Origin: an uncultured virus (IMG/VR IMGVR_UViG_3300037195_000767)
Taxonomy: Duplodnaviria > Heunggongvirae > Uroviricota > Caudoviricetes
IMG/VR virus record: IMGVR_UViG_3300037195_000767
DNA: 24,802 nt
Reading direction: 5' to 3' (one strand)
A program made the translations under genes and the position numbers. The notes under the pieces are model-generated. The model had not been told where the DNA came from. It was given only the letters and a program-made list of their open reading frames with translations, and did no database searches. This document shows, in pieces, positions 7,295 to 17,053 of this stretch (position 1 is the stretch's first letter; the number at the start of each line of letters is the position of its first letter).

Positions 7295-7386
7295 TAAATA
7301 AAATAATAGATAGATTTAAATTTTTACATTATATAGGTTTTCATAATAAAAACTGTAGAAGACGTGTTTTTACGACAAAAAATGAT

Positions 7387-7394
7387 TATATTTG
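7387..7394 (+). promoter_or_regulatory. Bacteroidota -7 promoter element
   Basis: TATATTTG in an intergenic gap upstream of the lysis/packaging genes; -33 element weak. Confidence 0.5.
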
Positions 7395-7430
7395 TATAAA
7401 GACAGGTAATATATATAAAAAAATAGGATT

Positions 7431-7637
7431 ATGAGTTACTTGAATACAATTAAAAAAATAAAAATTGATTCTACAGAAAGATGGATTGTAAAATATTATG
7501 ATAGTGCTGGTCATAGAATAAGAGAAGTTAAACAAGTATACGATCCAACTGATTATAGAAAAAATGGTAGAGCTAGAGAGTTACATACTAAAGAACAATT
7601 AATATCTATTTTAGAACTACATAAAAATAATGTATAA
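7431..7637 (+). CDS. hypothetical protein (68 aa)
   Basis: ORF track. Confidence 0.7.
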   Translation: MSYLNTIKKIKIDSTERWIVKYYDSAGHRIREVKQVYDPTDYRKNGRARELHTKEQLISILELHKNNV

Positions 7638-7968
7638 AATATTATATTTTAATAGTGGAGATGGAGAAGATACCATAGATGAGTCAGTGGCTTATCCTAT
7701 TAGTGCTTTAAGAGGATTTACTCCTAGAAGTGCTACAGTACTTAGTTTATATTTTACTCCTATTAAAGATACTACTCAGGATACAACCGCTGACTTAAAT
7801 GATCAAGTAGATCTTACTATAACTAGTGGAGCTCATAGAACAATTATAAAAGCAATAACTGATGAAATTGCTTTTGGTGATCAAGCTTTTATTACAGTAG
7901 GTAATAAAGATGATGAAGTTTGGTTACATAGTGGGATAACAGATGTTATATTAATAATCTCATCTTAA
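7630..7968 (+). CDS. hypothetical protein, possibly virion-associated (112 aa)
   Basis: ORF track; T/D/I-rich beta-type composition. Confidence 0.65.
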   Translation: MYKILYFNSGDGEDTIDESVAYPISALRGFTPRSATVLSLYFTPIKDTTQDTTADLNDQVDLTITSGAHRTIIKAITDEIAFGDQAFITVGNKDDEVWLHSGITDVILIISS

Positions 7969-7973
7969 AAAAA

Positions 7974-8594
7974 ATGATGACAAATAAATATACTAAAGAG
8001 CAAATAAAAGATACTGTAGAAAGATTAGGATATAAATATTTTACAGGAGATAACTATGATGTAAATATCATAGGTATTAGAAATTGTGATACAGGTAGTA
8101 AAGTTACTAATTTATTTGATGATACAATAACTATATCTTATAAAGATAAAAAAGGAGATTGGAAATATCATGAATATGATTGTACTACAGATCCAGGTGA
8201 TGATTGGATGGAAAATCCTTGGATAGATAAAATAGGTTGTGCTGTTTTAAAACCAGGACAATATAGAGGTTCTCATAAATTAAGATTACATGGGGGTAAA
8301 TATTTAGCATTAGGACAAAAGAAAAATGTAACAGTATATAGAGATAATAATAGAAACGATAAATATGAATTTGATGAATCATCTTGTGATACAGGTGTAT
8401 TCGGAATCAATATTCATAGAGCAACTGCTTTGGAAGGTAAAAAATCTACTTATGTAAATAAGTGGTCAGCAGGTTGTCAAGTAATAGCATCTAATGATGA
8501 TTGGTTTTCATTTTTAGAAATATGTCAGACAGCTAGGGATGTGTGGGGGAATAGTTTTTCATATACATTAATAGAAAGTAAAGATATATTATGA
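7974..8594 (+). CDS. putative endolysin, L,D-transpeptidase(YkuD)-like catalytic motif
   Basis: NIIGIR...FDD...TTDPG...L.PGQY...VYRDNN...GINIHRA...WSAGCQV contains an H-x(n)-S-x-G-C motif; lies near the holin. Confidence 0.65.
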   Translation: MMTNKYTKEQIKDTVERLGYKYFTGDNYDVNIIGIRNCDTGSKVTNLFDDTITISYKDKKGDWKYHEYDCTTDPGDDWMENPWIDKIGCAVLKPGQYRGSHKLRLHGGKYLALGQKKNVTVYRDNNRNDKYEFDESSCDTGVFGINIHRATALEGKKSTYVNKWSAGCQVIASNDDWFSFLEICQTARDVWGNSFSYTLIESKDIL

Positions 8595-8902
8595 GTAAAG
8601 AAATGAATCAATATCAAAATGATCTTGAAATGTTAGATGTATCTATGCATAATGCTTATAGAGTATTAACAAATAAAATATCTATTAAAAGATTAATAAA
8701 TAGTAGTGATGATCAAGGTATGTGGTTACCTTATGCTGATATATTTAATCCATCTAATAAAGATATAGATAGTGTTATAGAATATTATTGTGATTTAGAA
8801 GAGTATGAAAAATGTGCTGAATTAGTTAAAATTAAAGAATATCGTAAAACACAAGCTAAAATAAATAGAATAAACAACAGTAAATTAGGGGGAATAAGAT
8901 AA
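8591..8902 (+). CDS. hypothetical protein with UVR-like C-terminal motif
   Basis: IEYY...EEYEKCAEL; ATGA overlap with the lysin gene. Confidence 0.65.
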   Translation: MSKEMNQYQNDLEMLDVSMHNAYRVLTNKISIKRLINSSDDQGMWLPYADIFNPSNKDIDSVIEYYCDLEEYEKCAELVKIKEYRKTQAKINRINNSKLGGIR

Positions 8903-10705
8903 ATGGAAGAAGAAGACGAATTATATCAAAATTTATTTTCTAGAGGTGATCCTAATGCGGGAGATACTTATCCTCAACAAAGAACTGGATTAGGTAAAGT
9001 ATCTGCTCAAATTGGTAATATATTTAGACCTTCTAGTAGAGATGTTAATATAAGTACTAAAGAAGTTCCTTATCCTAGTATGGATGATTGGGGAAGATCT
9101 GAAAATGAATTACCTCTTCAATATAATTGGGATAAATATGGAGCTCCTAAATATAAGAAAAATATATTTGGTACAGAAACTTGGAAAGCTCCTATTGTTC
9201 GTCAAGAAAATCAAAAAGGTGATTTAACGAATAGAGCATATCAAGAAAAAGTAAAATGGAATCCAAATCCATGGGGAGGTGTTCTTAAAACAAAGACTAC
9301 TCCATTTGAACCAACAAAGAAAAGATTGTGGACAGAAAATTGGGATTCTGATCAATGGAATAAAAGAAATAAATACAGCAGACTAGCTCAGAAAGGATTT
9401 GGCGAAGATGGCCAGAAAGGATATAGAAAAAGATTAGATCCAACAACAGAACCATATAGATTGCATATTCCTGTAAAAGGAGAAGTACCTGATGCTCTTA
9501 CAAGATTAATGAGTCCTCTTACAGCTGGAATGAATTTAGCAACAGGAACAAATCCTGGATTTAATTATAATCCTTTGCGTAGTACGTTCTTAGGAAGTAC
9601 TAACTTTATGGGTATGAAAATGCCTAATTATAGTGATATGGATTTAGGACAAAAAGCAGCTATAATGGGTATTCATCCTCAAACAATGTTCGGAATAACT
9701 AGTCCATATTCACTTAGTCCATTTGCTCATATAACACCAGGTGAAGGAACAGATCCAGTAAGAGAAATGAAAGCTTTAGATATGATACCTTGGTTTGGTG
9801 GTGGAATCGCTGGTTCTCTTAATATGATGAAGGTTCCTGGTACACAAAAAATATTAAATCAACCATATGGATTTAATTCTAAATTTAGAAGAAATTATCC
9901 AGGAATAACAAAGGCATGGGAAAATTTCGCAACGAGTCCTGTTGTTAATACTATTTTACCTCAATTTGAAAGATGGAGTCAAAAAGGAGAAGAGATTACA
10001 ACTGATCCAACTGCAGGATTTTTTGGAAGACAAGCAGGATGGAATTTTGGCGGAGGCAAAGGTTATTATAATCAAGCAAAATCTAAAATACATCCTTTAA
10101 TACCATTTACGGGAGAATATACAATAGGAGGAGATTATAAAGGTGGTTATGAAAATCCATATAATCCAATAGATGGGCCTTTGGCGACTCTAAAAAATCT
10201 TGGACATAGATTAATAAGTCCAGATTATTATACAAAAGGAGGACTTGATAGAGATTTACGAATGGTTGGAGGTTTAGGAGCTTCTTATGAAACACCTATT
10301 CCATTATTACCTCCAAGACATAATATCTTTGATGTGAACAGATTTGATGTAGAAAGAACTAGAGAAGAAATATATGATCCAAATAAGGGTGGAAGAAAAT
10401 GGAAATGGCCAAGAATTAGAGGTGCTTCTAAAGTTGGCGATAAACAAACATCTGCTTGGGTTGATGTTGGAGGACAAAGTGTACAAGTCCCATTTGAAGA
10501 TAGATTTAAATATTCTGCAGTACCTGGGCAAGAACATAGCGATCCATTTAAAGTTAGATCAATGTATCCAGGAAGAAATAAATTAGATTATTATGGTAAT
10601 CCACGACCTACTATTCCAAAAGATTATATAGATAATCGTTCATATTATGAGAATCAATATAGTAATTGGCGTCAGAATATATATGATCAGAGTTTAGATC
10701 AATAA
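8903..10705 (+). CDS. 600-aa orphan protein, G/P/Y/W-rich
   Basis: Long intact ORF abutting the upstream stop codon; no recognisable domain. Confidence 0.75.
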   Translation: MEEEDELYQNLFSRGDPNAGDTYPQQRTGLGKVSAQIGNIFRPSSRDVNISTKEVPYPSMDDWGRSENELPLQYNWDKYGAPKYKKNIFGTETWKAPIVRQENQKGDLTNRAYQEKVKWNPNPWGGVLKTKTTPFEPTKKRLWTENWDSDQWNKRNKYSRLAQKGFGEDGQKGYRKRLDPTTEPYRLHIPVKGEVPDALTRLMSPLTAGMNLATGTNPGFNYNPLRSTFLGSTNFMGMKMPNYSDMDLGQKAAIMGIHPQTMFGITSPYSLSPFAHITPGEGTDPVREMKALDMIPWFGGGIAGSLNMMKVPGTQKILNQPYGFNSKFRRNYPGITKAWENFATSPVVNTILPQFERWSQKGEEITTDPTAGFFGRQAGWNFGGGKGYYNQAKSKIHPLIPFTGEYTIGGDYKGGYENPYNPIDGPLATLKNLGHRLISPDYYTKGGLDRDLRMVGGLGASYETPIPLLPPRHNIFDVNRFDVERTREEIYDPNKGGRKWKWPRIRGASKVGDKQTSAWVDVGGQSVQVPFEDRFKYSAVPGQEHSDPFKVRSMYPGRNKLDYYGNPRPTIPKDYIDNRSYYENQYSNWRQNIYDQSLDQ

Positions 10706-10727
10706 TAATAACGAATAAAATAAAAAA

Positions 10728-11126
10728 ATGAATATATTAAGTACAATATTTAGTGGGGGTACAAAAGATCTTGTAGAAGGTGTAGGAGGAGTTATAGATA
10801 ATTTACATACATCAAAAGAAGAAAAATTAGAAGCAGAACAAAAAGTAAAAGAATTAGTTGTTTCATATCAAAATACATTAGAAAAAGAAATATCAAATAG
10901 ATGGACTGCTGATATGAAATCTGATTCTTGGTTGTCAAAAAATATAAGGCCATTAGTTTTAGCTTTTCTAGTTCTTTCTACAGTTTTAATGATATTCATT
11001 GATGCTGGAGTAGTTCAATTTCATGTAGAAGAAAAATGGACTGACTTATTACAACTAGTTCTTATTACGGTTATAGGTGCTTACTTTGGTGGTAGATCAT
11101 TAGAGAAAGTAAAAAAGAATGCCTAA
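10728..11126 (+). CDS. 3TM-type (GTA-like) holin
   Basis: RW.ADM.SDSWLSKNIRPL followed by two hydrophobic segments and GAYFGGRSLEK, the holin_3TM family pattern. Confidence 0.8.
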   Translation: MNILSTIFSGGTKDLVEGVGGVIDNLHTSKEEKLEAEQKVKELVVSYQNTLEKEISNRWTADMKSDSWLSKNIRPLVLAFLVLSTVLMIFIDAGVVQFHVEEKWTDLLQLVLITVIGAYFGGRSLEKVKKNA

Positions 11127-13176
11127 TTCGGATATAATAATAGCACAACCTTGGGAAAATTTAGATAAATATAAAAATAATCCTGTAATACATACAGGTC
11201 AGGAATATTTAAAATTTATAAATACAGATCTTTTTAGTGAGGTTTCAAGATATTATTTAAAACATAAAGTATATACACATGCTCCAGAAGGTACTTCAGA
11301 ACATAAAGAGTTTTGGGATAGAGAAGAAAAAAGATGTAAAGAAGGACGTACTATAGGAGGTGTTCGTATAACTGGAGAACATTATGCATATTTAAATTAT
11401 GGTAGAATATTGGCTACTGTAGAAGATGGGGGAAGGTCTAGAAAAATAGATACCTTCCCTAAATTTTTAGATATGGATTATTATTGGTATCATGAATTGG
11501 AAGCTGCTGAAAAAGCAGGTCAAGGAATGATTGTTGTAAAAGCTAGACGTAAAGGATTTTCTTATAAAAATGCTTTTGGTATGGCTTGGAAATTTACTTG
11601 GTATCCTTTTTCAGTATCTATACTTGCTGCATTTGAAAAAACTTTTTGGTCTAATACTATGGAGATGGCTAAAAATATGATAAACTTTATTAATCAAAAT
11701 ACTGATTGGGCTAAAGGTTTTTTAATAGATAGACAAGATCATATAAAAGCTGGATACATAGAAAAGGATGTTATATCTGGTATTAATATTCATAAAGGAT
11801 ATAAGTCTGAATTATTAGCTTTATCATTTAAAGACGCTCCACAAAAATCTGTAGGACGTACTGCTGAACGAATGTTATTCGAAGAAGCTGGAGATTGGCC
11901 AGGATTATTACAAGCTTATCAACGTTCCTATCCTCTATTCAAAGATGGTAATATTATGATTGGTATCCCTATTATTTATGGTACTGGAGGTAACAATAAA
12001 AATGGGACTAATGCTGATTTTGAGGAAATGTTTTACAATCCTTCAGTATATGGATTAAGATCTTATGATAATGTATATGATGATAATGCGGTAGGAGAAG
12101 CAGGTTGGTTTGTAGATGATGCTTGGTATCGAGAACCTTTTGTAGATAAAGCAGGAAATGCTTTAAGAGAGGAAGCTAAAGAGGATGTATTATTAGAAAG
12201 AGAACAGAAAAAACACGCAGATCCTAAAGCTTATAATATGTTAGTTACTCAACATCCTAATACTCCTAAAGAAGCTTTTTTAAGAAATGAAGGATCTGTA
12301 TTTCCAGCTATTGAATTATATAATGTTTTATCTAGATTAAAAGCAAATGATAGATATAAAAAAATAGGAACTCCAGGAAAACTATATATAGAAGATAATA
12401 AAATAAGATTCAGGCCTGATCTTGAAAAGCAACTAGAACCTTTAAATAGATTCCCACATAAACCAAATGATGATGTAACAGGTTGTCCTGTTATATATCA
12501 ACATCCTCCAGAAAATATACCTTATGGTTTATATAAAATTGGATTAGATCCTGTAGCATTTGATAAGTCAGGTAGTAGATCTTTAAATGCCGCTTTTGTA
12601 TATAAATCATTACAAAGTTTTGAACATGGTTATGATGAGATTGTAGCAGAATATGTAGGTAGGCCAGATAATATTGAAATATATAATAGAAATTTAGAAT
12701 TATTATCTGAATATTATGGTGGAGCTGAGATTATGTTTGAGAATGATAGGGGTGAGGTATTATCTTATTTCAAGAGAAGGGGTAAATTAAATTTATTAGC
12801 AGATCAACCAGATAATGTTATATCTAAAGTTATAAAAGATTCTACAGTAGCTCGTATAAAAGGGTGTCATATGAATGAGAGAATGAAAGATGCTGGAGAG
12901 AAATTTATACTTAGATGGTTATGGACTGAAAGAGGATCAAATGTAGATGGAGAAAAGGTTTATAATATGGATTTGATAATGAGTCCTGCTCTTTTAGAAG
13001 AACTAATTCAGTATCATAGAGGAGGAAATTTTGACCGTGTGATGGCATTAATGCAAGTTATGTTTATGGTTGAAGAAACTTATGAACAAGAAATTGGACA
13101 AGAAAAACGTAAAAATCATGCTGCAGATTACCTTATAAGTAATATTAATACGATGTTTAGTAGGACTAGTCGATAA
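11119..13176 (+). CDS. terL: terminase large subunit (crAss-like)
   Basis: Walker A VVKARRKGFSY, Walker B MLFEEAG, coupling motif YGTGG, RNase H-like nuclease IGLDP ... FEND ... NFDRVMA; immediately upstream of the portal gene. Confidence 0.93.
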   Translation: MPNSDIIIAQPWENLDKYKNNPVIHTGQEYLKFINTDLFSEVSRYYLKHKVYTHAPEGTSEHKEFWDREEKRCKEGRTIGGVRITGEHYAYLNYGRILATVEDGGRSRKIDTFPKFLDMDYYWYHELEAAEKAGQGMIVVKARRKGFSYKNAFGMAWKFTWYPFSVSILAAFEKTFWSNTMEMAKNMINFINQNTDWAKGFLIDRQDHIKAGYIEKDVISGINIHKGYKSELLALSFKDAPQKSVGRTAERMLFEEAGDWPGLLQAYQRSYPLFKDGNIMIGIPIIYGTGGNNKNGTNADFEEMFYNPSVYGLRSYDNVYDDNAVGEAGWFVDDAWYREPFVDKAGNALREEAKEDVLLEREQKKHADPKAYNMLVTQHPNTPKEAFLRNEGSVFPAIELYNVLSRLKANDRYKKIGTPGKLYIEDNKIRFRPDLEKQLEPLNRFPHKPNDDVTGCPVIYQHPPENIPYGLYKIGLDPVAFDKSGSRSLNAAFVYKSLQSFEHGYDEIVAEYVGRPDNIEIYNRNLELLSEYYGGAEIMFENDRGEVLSYFKRRGKLNLLADQPDNVISKVIKDSTVARIKGCHMNERMKDAGEKFILRWLWTERGSNVDGEKVYNMDLIMSPALLEELIQYHRGGNFDRVMALMQVMFMVEETYEQEIGQEKRKNHAADYLISNINTMFSRTSR

Positions 13177-13183
13177 TTTTTAT

Positions 13184-13191
13184 TATATTTG
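13184..13191 (+). promoter_or_regulatory. Bacteroidota -7 promoter element upstream of portal
   Basis: TATATTTG in the TerL-portal gap. Confidence 0.45.
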
Positions 13192-13223
13192 TTAGTTAGT
13201 AGGATTATTAAATTAAAAAAAAA

Positions 13224-15680
13224 ATGGGATATTCATTTCCGCAACAAAAATTAACTAGAAAACAAAAAGCAAAAAATAATTTTGCTTGGGGTAAAAATGT
13301 TCTAGATGAGATAGATAAATACAATTCAAAAGGTTTTGATGGTAGATTAGATAATACCAGAAAAAAAATAAACTATGATATATATAATGGACAGATAGAT
13401 CGTGATGATTATGAATATGTTTGTAAACCTTATGGTGTAGATGGTGTTGGAGAATTACCTGCAGAATTACGTCATTATGATATCACTACTCCTAAATTAA
13501 GAGTTTTATTTGGTGAAGAAATAAAAAGACCTTTTAATTATAAATTAATAGCTACTAATTCAGAAGCTATAACTGAGAAAGAAAGAGAAAGAATGAGAAT
13601 GATTGCTGAATATGTAAAAGAATCAATCATGTCTAGAGTTAATGCTATGGTAGCTCAAGAAGCAGAAAAAATGCAAGCTGGTGCTCCACAAGAATCTATG
13701 ACACCAGAAGCTCAACAACAAATGGATCAGCAACTTCAACAGATTCAACGATCCATGACTCCTCCAGAAATAGAAGAATATATGAAGAGAGATTATGTTG
13801 GATCTAGAGAAATACAAGGACAACAAATATTAGATTATTTAATAAGAAAAGAAAAAGTAAAAGAAAAATTTAGCAAAGGATGGAAACATGCTTTGATTGC
13901 TGGTGAAGAAATTTATTGGACAGGTATTGTAAATGGTGAACCTACCATGAGAACTGTTAATCCTTTATATTTTGATTACGATAAAGATCCAGATTTAGAC
14001 TATATACAAGATGGTCAATGGGCAAAATATATTATGAGAATGACTCCAGGATCTGTGATAGATACTTTTGGAGAATACCTAACAGATAGACAAATTAAAG
14101 ATTTATATTCTGATACAGGAGTAACTGGAGCTAATCATATAATTGATGAGACATTTGGTGAATTTTCATATGATCATTCTGATACATTTGATTTAGATAA
14201 TTTTGGTACTAGTGATGGACAAGCAAGTTCTGAATATATTAGAGTGGTTCATTGTGAATGGAGATCTTTACGTAAATTAGGTTTTTTAAAATTTATAGAT
14301 GATAAAGGAGTACCACAAGAAACTATAGTAGATGATACATATGTAAAAGATGAAGCTAAAGGTGATATAGAAATAAAATGGGAATGGATACCTGAGATAT
14401 GGGAAGGTACTAAAATAGAAGGTGATATATATGTTAATATAAGACCTAAGCCAAATCAATATAAAGATCTTGATAATTTGTATAGTTGTAAATTAGGTTA
14501 TATAGGAATAGCTTATAATAATCTTAATTCTAGATCTGTTTCAGTTATAGATAGAATTAAACCATATCAATATATGTATAATATTATTATGTATAGATTA
14601 GAAATGGATTTAGCTTCTGATAAAGGTAAAAAGTTTTTAGCGGATATTAATCAGATACCTAGTGATCTTGGAATGGATATGCAAAAATGGATGTATTATT
14701 TTGACGCTATGGGTATCGCTTGGGTTAATCCTCATGAAGAAGGTAATAGAGGAAAACCTCATTCTTTTAATCAATGGCAAGCAGTAGATTTATCTATGGC
14801 TCAAACTGTACAACAAAAAATACAGTTATTAGAATATTTAGAAATGCAAAGTGGTGAAGTTGCTGGTGTTGCTAAACAAAGAGAAGGACAAATGGGGCCT
14901 AGAGAAGGATTAGGTACCTCACAACAAGCTATTGTACAATCATCTCATATTACAGAAGATTTATTTAGTACTCATAATGGTGTTAAAAAAGCTGTACTTG
15001 AATCACTAATAGAAACAGCTAAAGTAGCTTGGAGTTTAGATGAACAAACTTCTGGAAGTAAAAAACAATCTAAAAAAATACAATATGTATTAGATGATAT
15101 GAGTGTTCAAATGCTTAGTATAGATCCAGATATATTTACTAATTCTTCATATGGTATATTTGTATCTGACTCTGGTAAAGACCAAGAAACATTTATGGTG
15201 TTACGTCAATTAGCTCAAGCTGCTCTTCAAAATCAACGTGCTGAATTATCTGATGTTATTAAGATGTTCTCTACTAATTCAACATCCGAACTTAAAACTA
15301 TATTAGAAAAAGCTGAAGAACAACGTAAAGCTCAAGAACAACAAATGCAACAATCACAACAAGAATCTCAAGAACGTATGGCTCAAGCTAAACAAGAACA
15401 AGAAAGACAAGAAATGATGTTAGATAAATATAAAGTTGATGAAGATAATGCTACTAAATTAGAAATAGCTAGAATGAAAGAATTAGGGCAACAAAGAGCT
15501 TTAGATCTTAATAGAAATAAAATTCCTGATATTATGGAAGTTGAAAAGTTTAAACAAGAAGCTGAAAATAAAAGAGAAAAAAATAATATAGAACAACAAA
15601 AATTAGATCTTAAGCGTAAAGAATTAGATATAAAATCTAGGGATGTTCAGAAAAAAGATAAAGAAAAAAATAAAAAATAA
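13224..15680 (+). CDS. portal protein (crAss-like)
   Basis: Starts FPQQKL; contains NYDIYNG, PA.L.HYDI..PK...L.GEE.KRPF, VVH.EW.S..K.G and W.WI.E.WEG.KI; ends in a Q/E/K coiled-coil tail with DLNRNKIPD; lies after TerL. Confidence 0.9.
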   Translation: MGYSFPQQKLTRKQKAKNNFAWGKNVLDEIDKYNSKGFDGRLDNTRKKINYDIYNGQIDRDDYEYVCKPYGVDGVGELPAELRHYDITTPKLRVLFGEEIKRPFNYKLIATNSEAITEKERERMRMIAEYVKESIMSRVNAMVAQEAEKMQAGAPQESMTPEAQQQMDQQLQQIQRSMTPPEIEEYMKRDYVGSREIQGQQILDYLIRKEKVKEKFSKGWKHALIAGEEIYWTGIVNGEPTMRTVNPLYFDYDKDPDLDYIQDGQWAKYIMRMTPGSVIDTFGEYLTDRQIKDLYSDTGVTGANHIIDETFGEFSYDHSDTFDLDNFGTSDGQASSEYIRVVHCEWRSLRKLGFLKFIDDKGVPQETIVDDTYVKDEAKGDIEIKWEWIPEIWEGTKIEGDIYVNIRPKPNQYKDLDNLYSCKLGYIGIAYNNLNSRSVSVIDRIKPYQYMYNIIMYRLEMDLASDKGKKFLADINQIPSDLGMDMQKWMYYFDAMGIAWVNPHEEGNRGKPHSFNQWQAVDLSMAQTVQQKIQLLEYLEMQSGEVAGVAKQREGQMGPREGLGTSQQAIVQSSHITEDLFSTHNGVKKAVLESLIETAKVAWSLDEQTSGSKKQSKKIQYVLDDMSVQMLSIDPDIFTNSSYGIFVSDSGKDQETFMVLRQLAQAALQNQRAELSDVIKMFSTNSTSELKTILEKAEEQRKAQEQQMQQSQQESQERMAQAKQEQERQEMMLDKYKVDEDNATKLEIARMKELGQQRALDLNRNKIPDIMEVEKFKQEAENKREKNNIEQQKLDLKRKELDIKSRDVQKKDKEKNKK

Positions 15681-17053
15681 TGAATACTCTAAAAATGCTT
15701 GGAAAAAGAAACCAAGTTCCATCATATGAAAATGGGACTAAAATTACTGATCCTCCAACTGATCCTCCAGTTAGTAATTTAGCACCTGATCCTGTAATTG
15801 GTAATCAAATGGGTCTTGGATTTGAGTTCGAATGTGATACAGAAACTGGTGCAAATTGTTCAAATAAAACAGGGCGTATGTTTAGATTAGGACTTAAAGG
15901 TAGTTTTGAAGGCAAAAAAGGAGCATATGGACAACCAACAAATCTTGGACCAGGGTGGAATAATCAGGGAGAATACGTGGAAAATAGAATAGGTACAAAT
16001 CGAGATTATGATTTATCTGCTAATATAGGTGGATATCTTAGAACAGATTTAGATAAACTATTTGACCCTTACGGTAGTCCACATTCATTAGGAAACAAAT
16101 TACGAGATAGAAATTGGAATCCAGTACATTTAAATTTAGGATACAATAGACATATAAAAGACTTTATGACAGGAGAAGGTAGTAATAATCTTACTGCTAA
16201 ACTAGCTCATTCTGGAGATCAATTTACAGGAAGTGCAGGACATTCAGGATTTTTTGGTAATAGAGGTGGTTCGAGTAGACCTGGGTTTTCATATGGTCTT
16301 CAAGGTAATTATAATTTAGATCAAAAACGATTAGATAATATAGGAGCATTTGGACGAATAGGAATGATGGGACCATTAGGTATTCATGGATATGCGGGAA
16401 TTAATCCTCAAACGTGGCAACCAAATTTTGGAGGAGGTATGAGTATTAAATTTGATAAAGGAGGTGCAGTTCCTTCATATGATAATGGTGATGATGTTAA
16501 TTTAGGTTTAGGAGGAAGTGAACTAAGTTATGGTACAAGTGGACTTACAACTAAAATTAATCCTACTTTAAATATGGGTAGGTTAAATCTAGGAGGTGAG
16601 TTTGGTGGTTTACATAGTTTTAATGATGACGTATCATCAAAATATTTTTTAGGGGGTACTGGTAGATTTAATTTTGATTCTTCTGGTAGAAGAGTAAGAG
16701 ACTGGGATCCTAGATTTATGGGATCTTTAAGTGGTAATGTAGGATATGGTAGAACAGGATCTGAAAAACAAGGCAATCTTTCAAATCAAGGATTAGCAGC
16801 TTCTGGTAGATTAGATTTAGGTGTTGGTAGACCTGGAAAGACTTTTTGTGTAGGTAATGCTTGTGATGCTCCTCCAGTAATACCTTGGGATATTGGAGCT
16901 TTTGGAGAGTATGGAAATCAATATTCCTTAAATCCTGGTTTAAGAACTGGTGTTAAAGGACAATATAATTGGTTATCTGGAGAAGGTGGATATGATTTAA
17001 CAAATAAATCTCCATTTTTTAAAGCTGGTCTTAATATACCTTTGTCAAGGTAA
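15680..17053 (+). CDS. Gly/aromatic-rich two-module protein, putative tandem beta-barrel virion cargo
   Basis: Coupled to the portal gene (TAATG). Amphipathic G-rich strands. Carries two copies of the VPSYxNG tag and an internal IGAFG repeat. Confidence 0.6.
   Translation: MNTLKMLGKRNQVPSYENGTKITDPPTDPPVSNLAPDPVIGNQMGLGFEFECDTETGANCSNKTGRMFRLGLKGSFEGKKGAYGQPTNLGPGWNNQGEYVENRIGTNRDYDLSANIGGYLRTDLDKLFDPYGSPHSLGNKLRDRNWNPVHLNLGYNRHIKDFMTGEGSNNLTAKLAHSGDQFTGSAGHSGFFGNRGGSSRPGFSYGLQGNYNLDQKRLDNIGAFGRIGMMGPLGIHGYAGINPQTWQPNFGGGMSIKFDKGGAVPSYDNGDDVNLGLGGSELSYGTSGLTTKINPTLNMGRLNLGGEFGGLHSFNDDVSSKYFLGGTGRFNFDSSGRRVRDWDPRFMGSLSGNVGYGRTGSEKQGNLSNQGLAASGRLDLGVGRPGKTFCVGNACDAPPVIPWDIGAFGEYGNQYSLNPGLRTGVKGQYNWLSGEGGYDLTNKSPFFKAGLNIPLSR

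Noticed and set aside
11119..15680. Introns or inteins in TerL or portal, common in crAss-like phages
   Set aside because: Both ORFs are continuous, of ordinary size, and show no intein splice motifs or homing endonuclease signatures
15300..15680. Q/E/K-rich quasi-repeats at the portal 3' end
   Set aside because: Ordinary coiled-coil low-complexity tail of the portal protein, not a DNA repeat element
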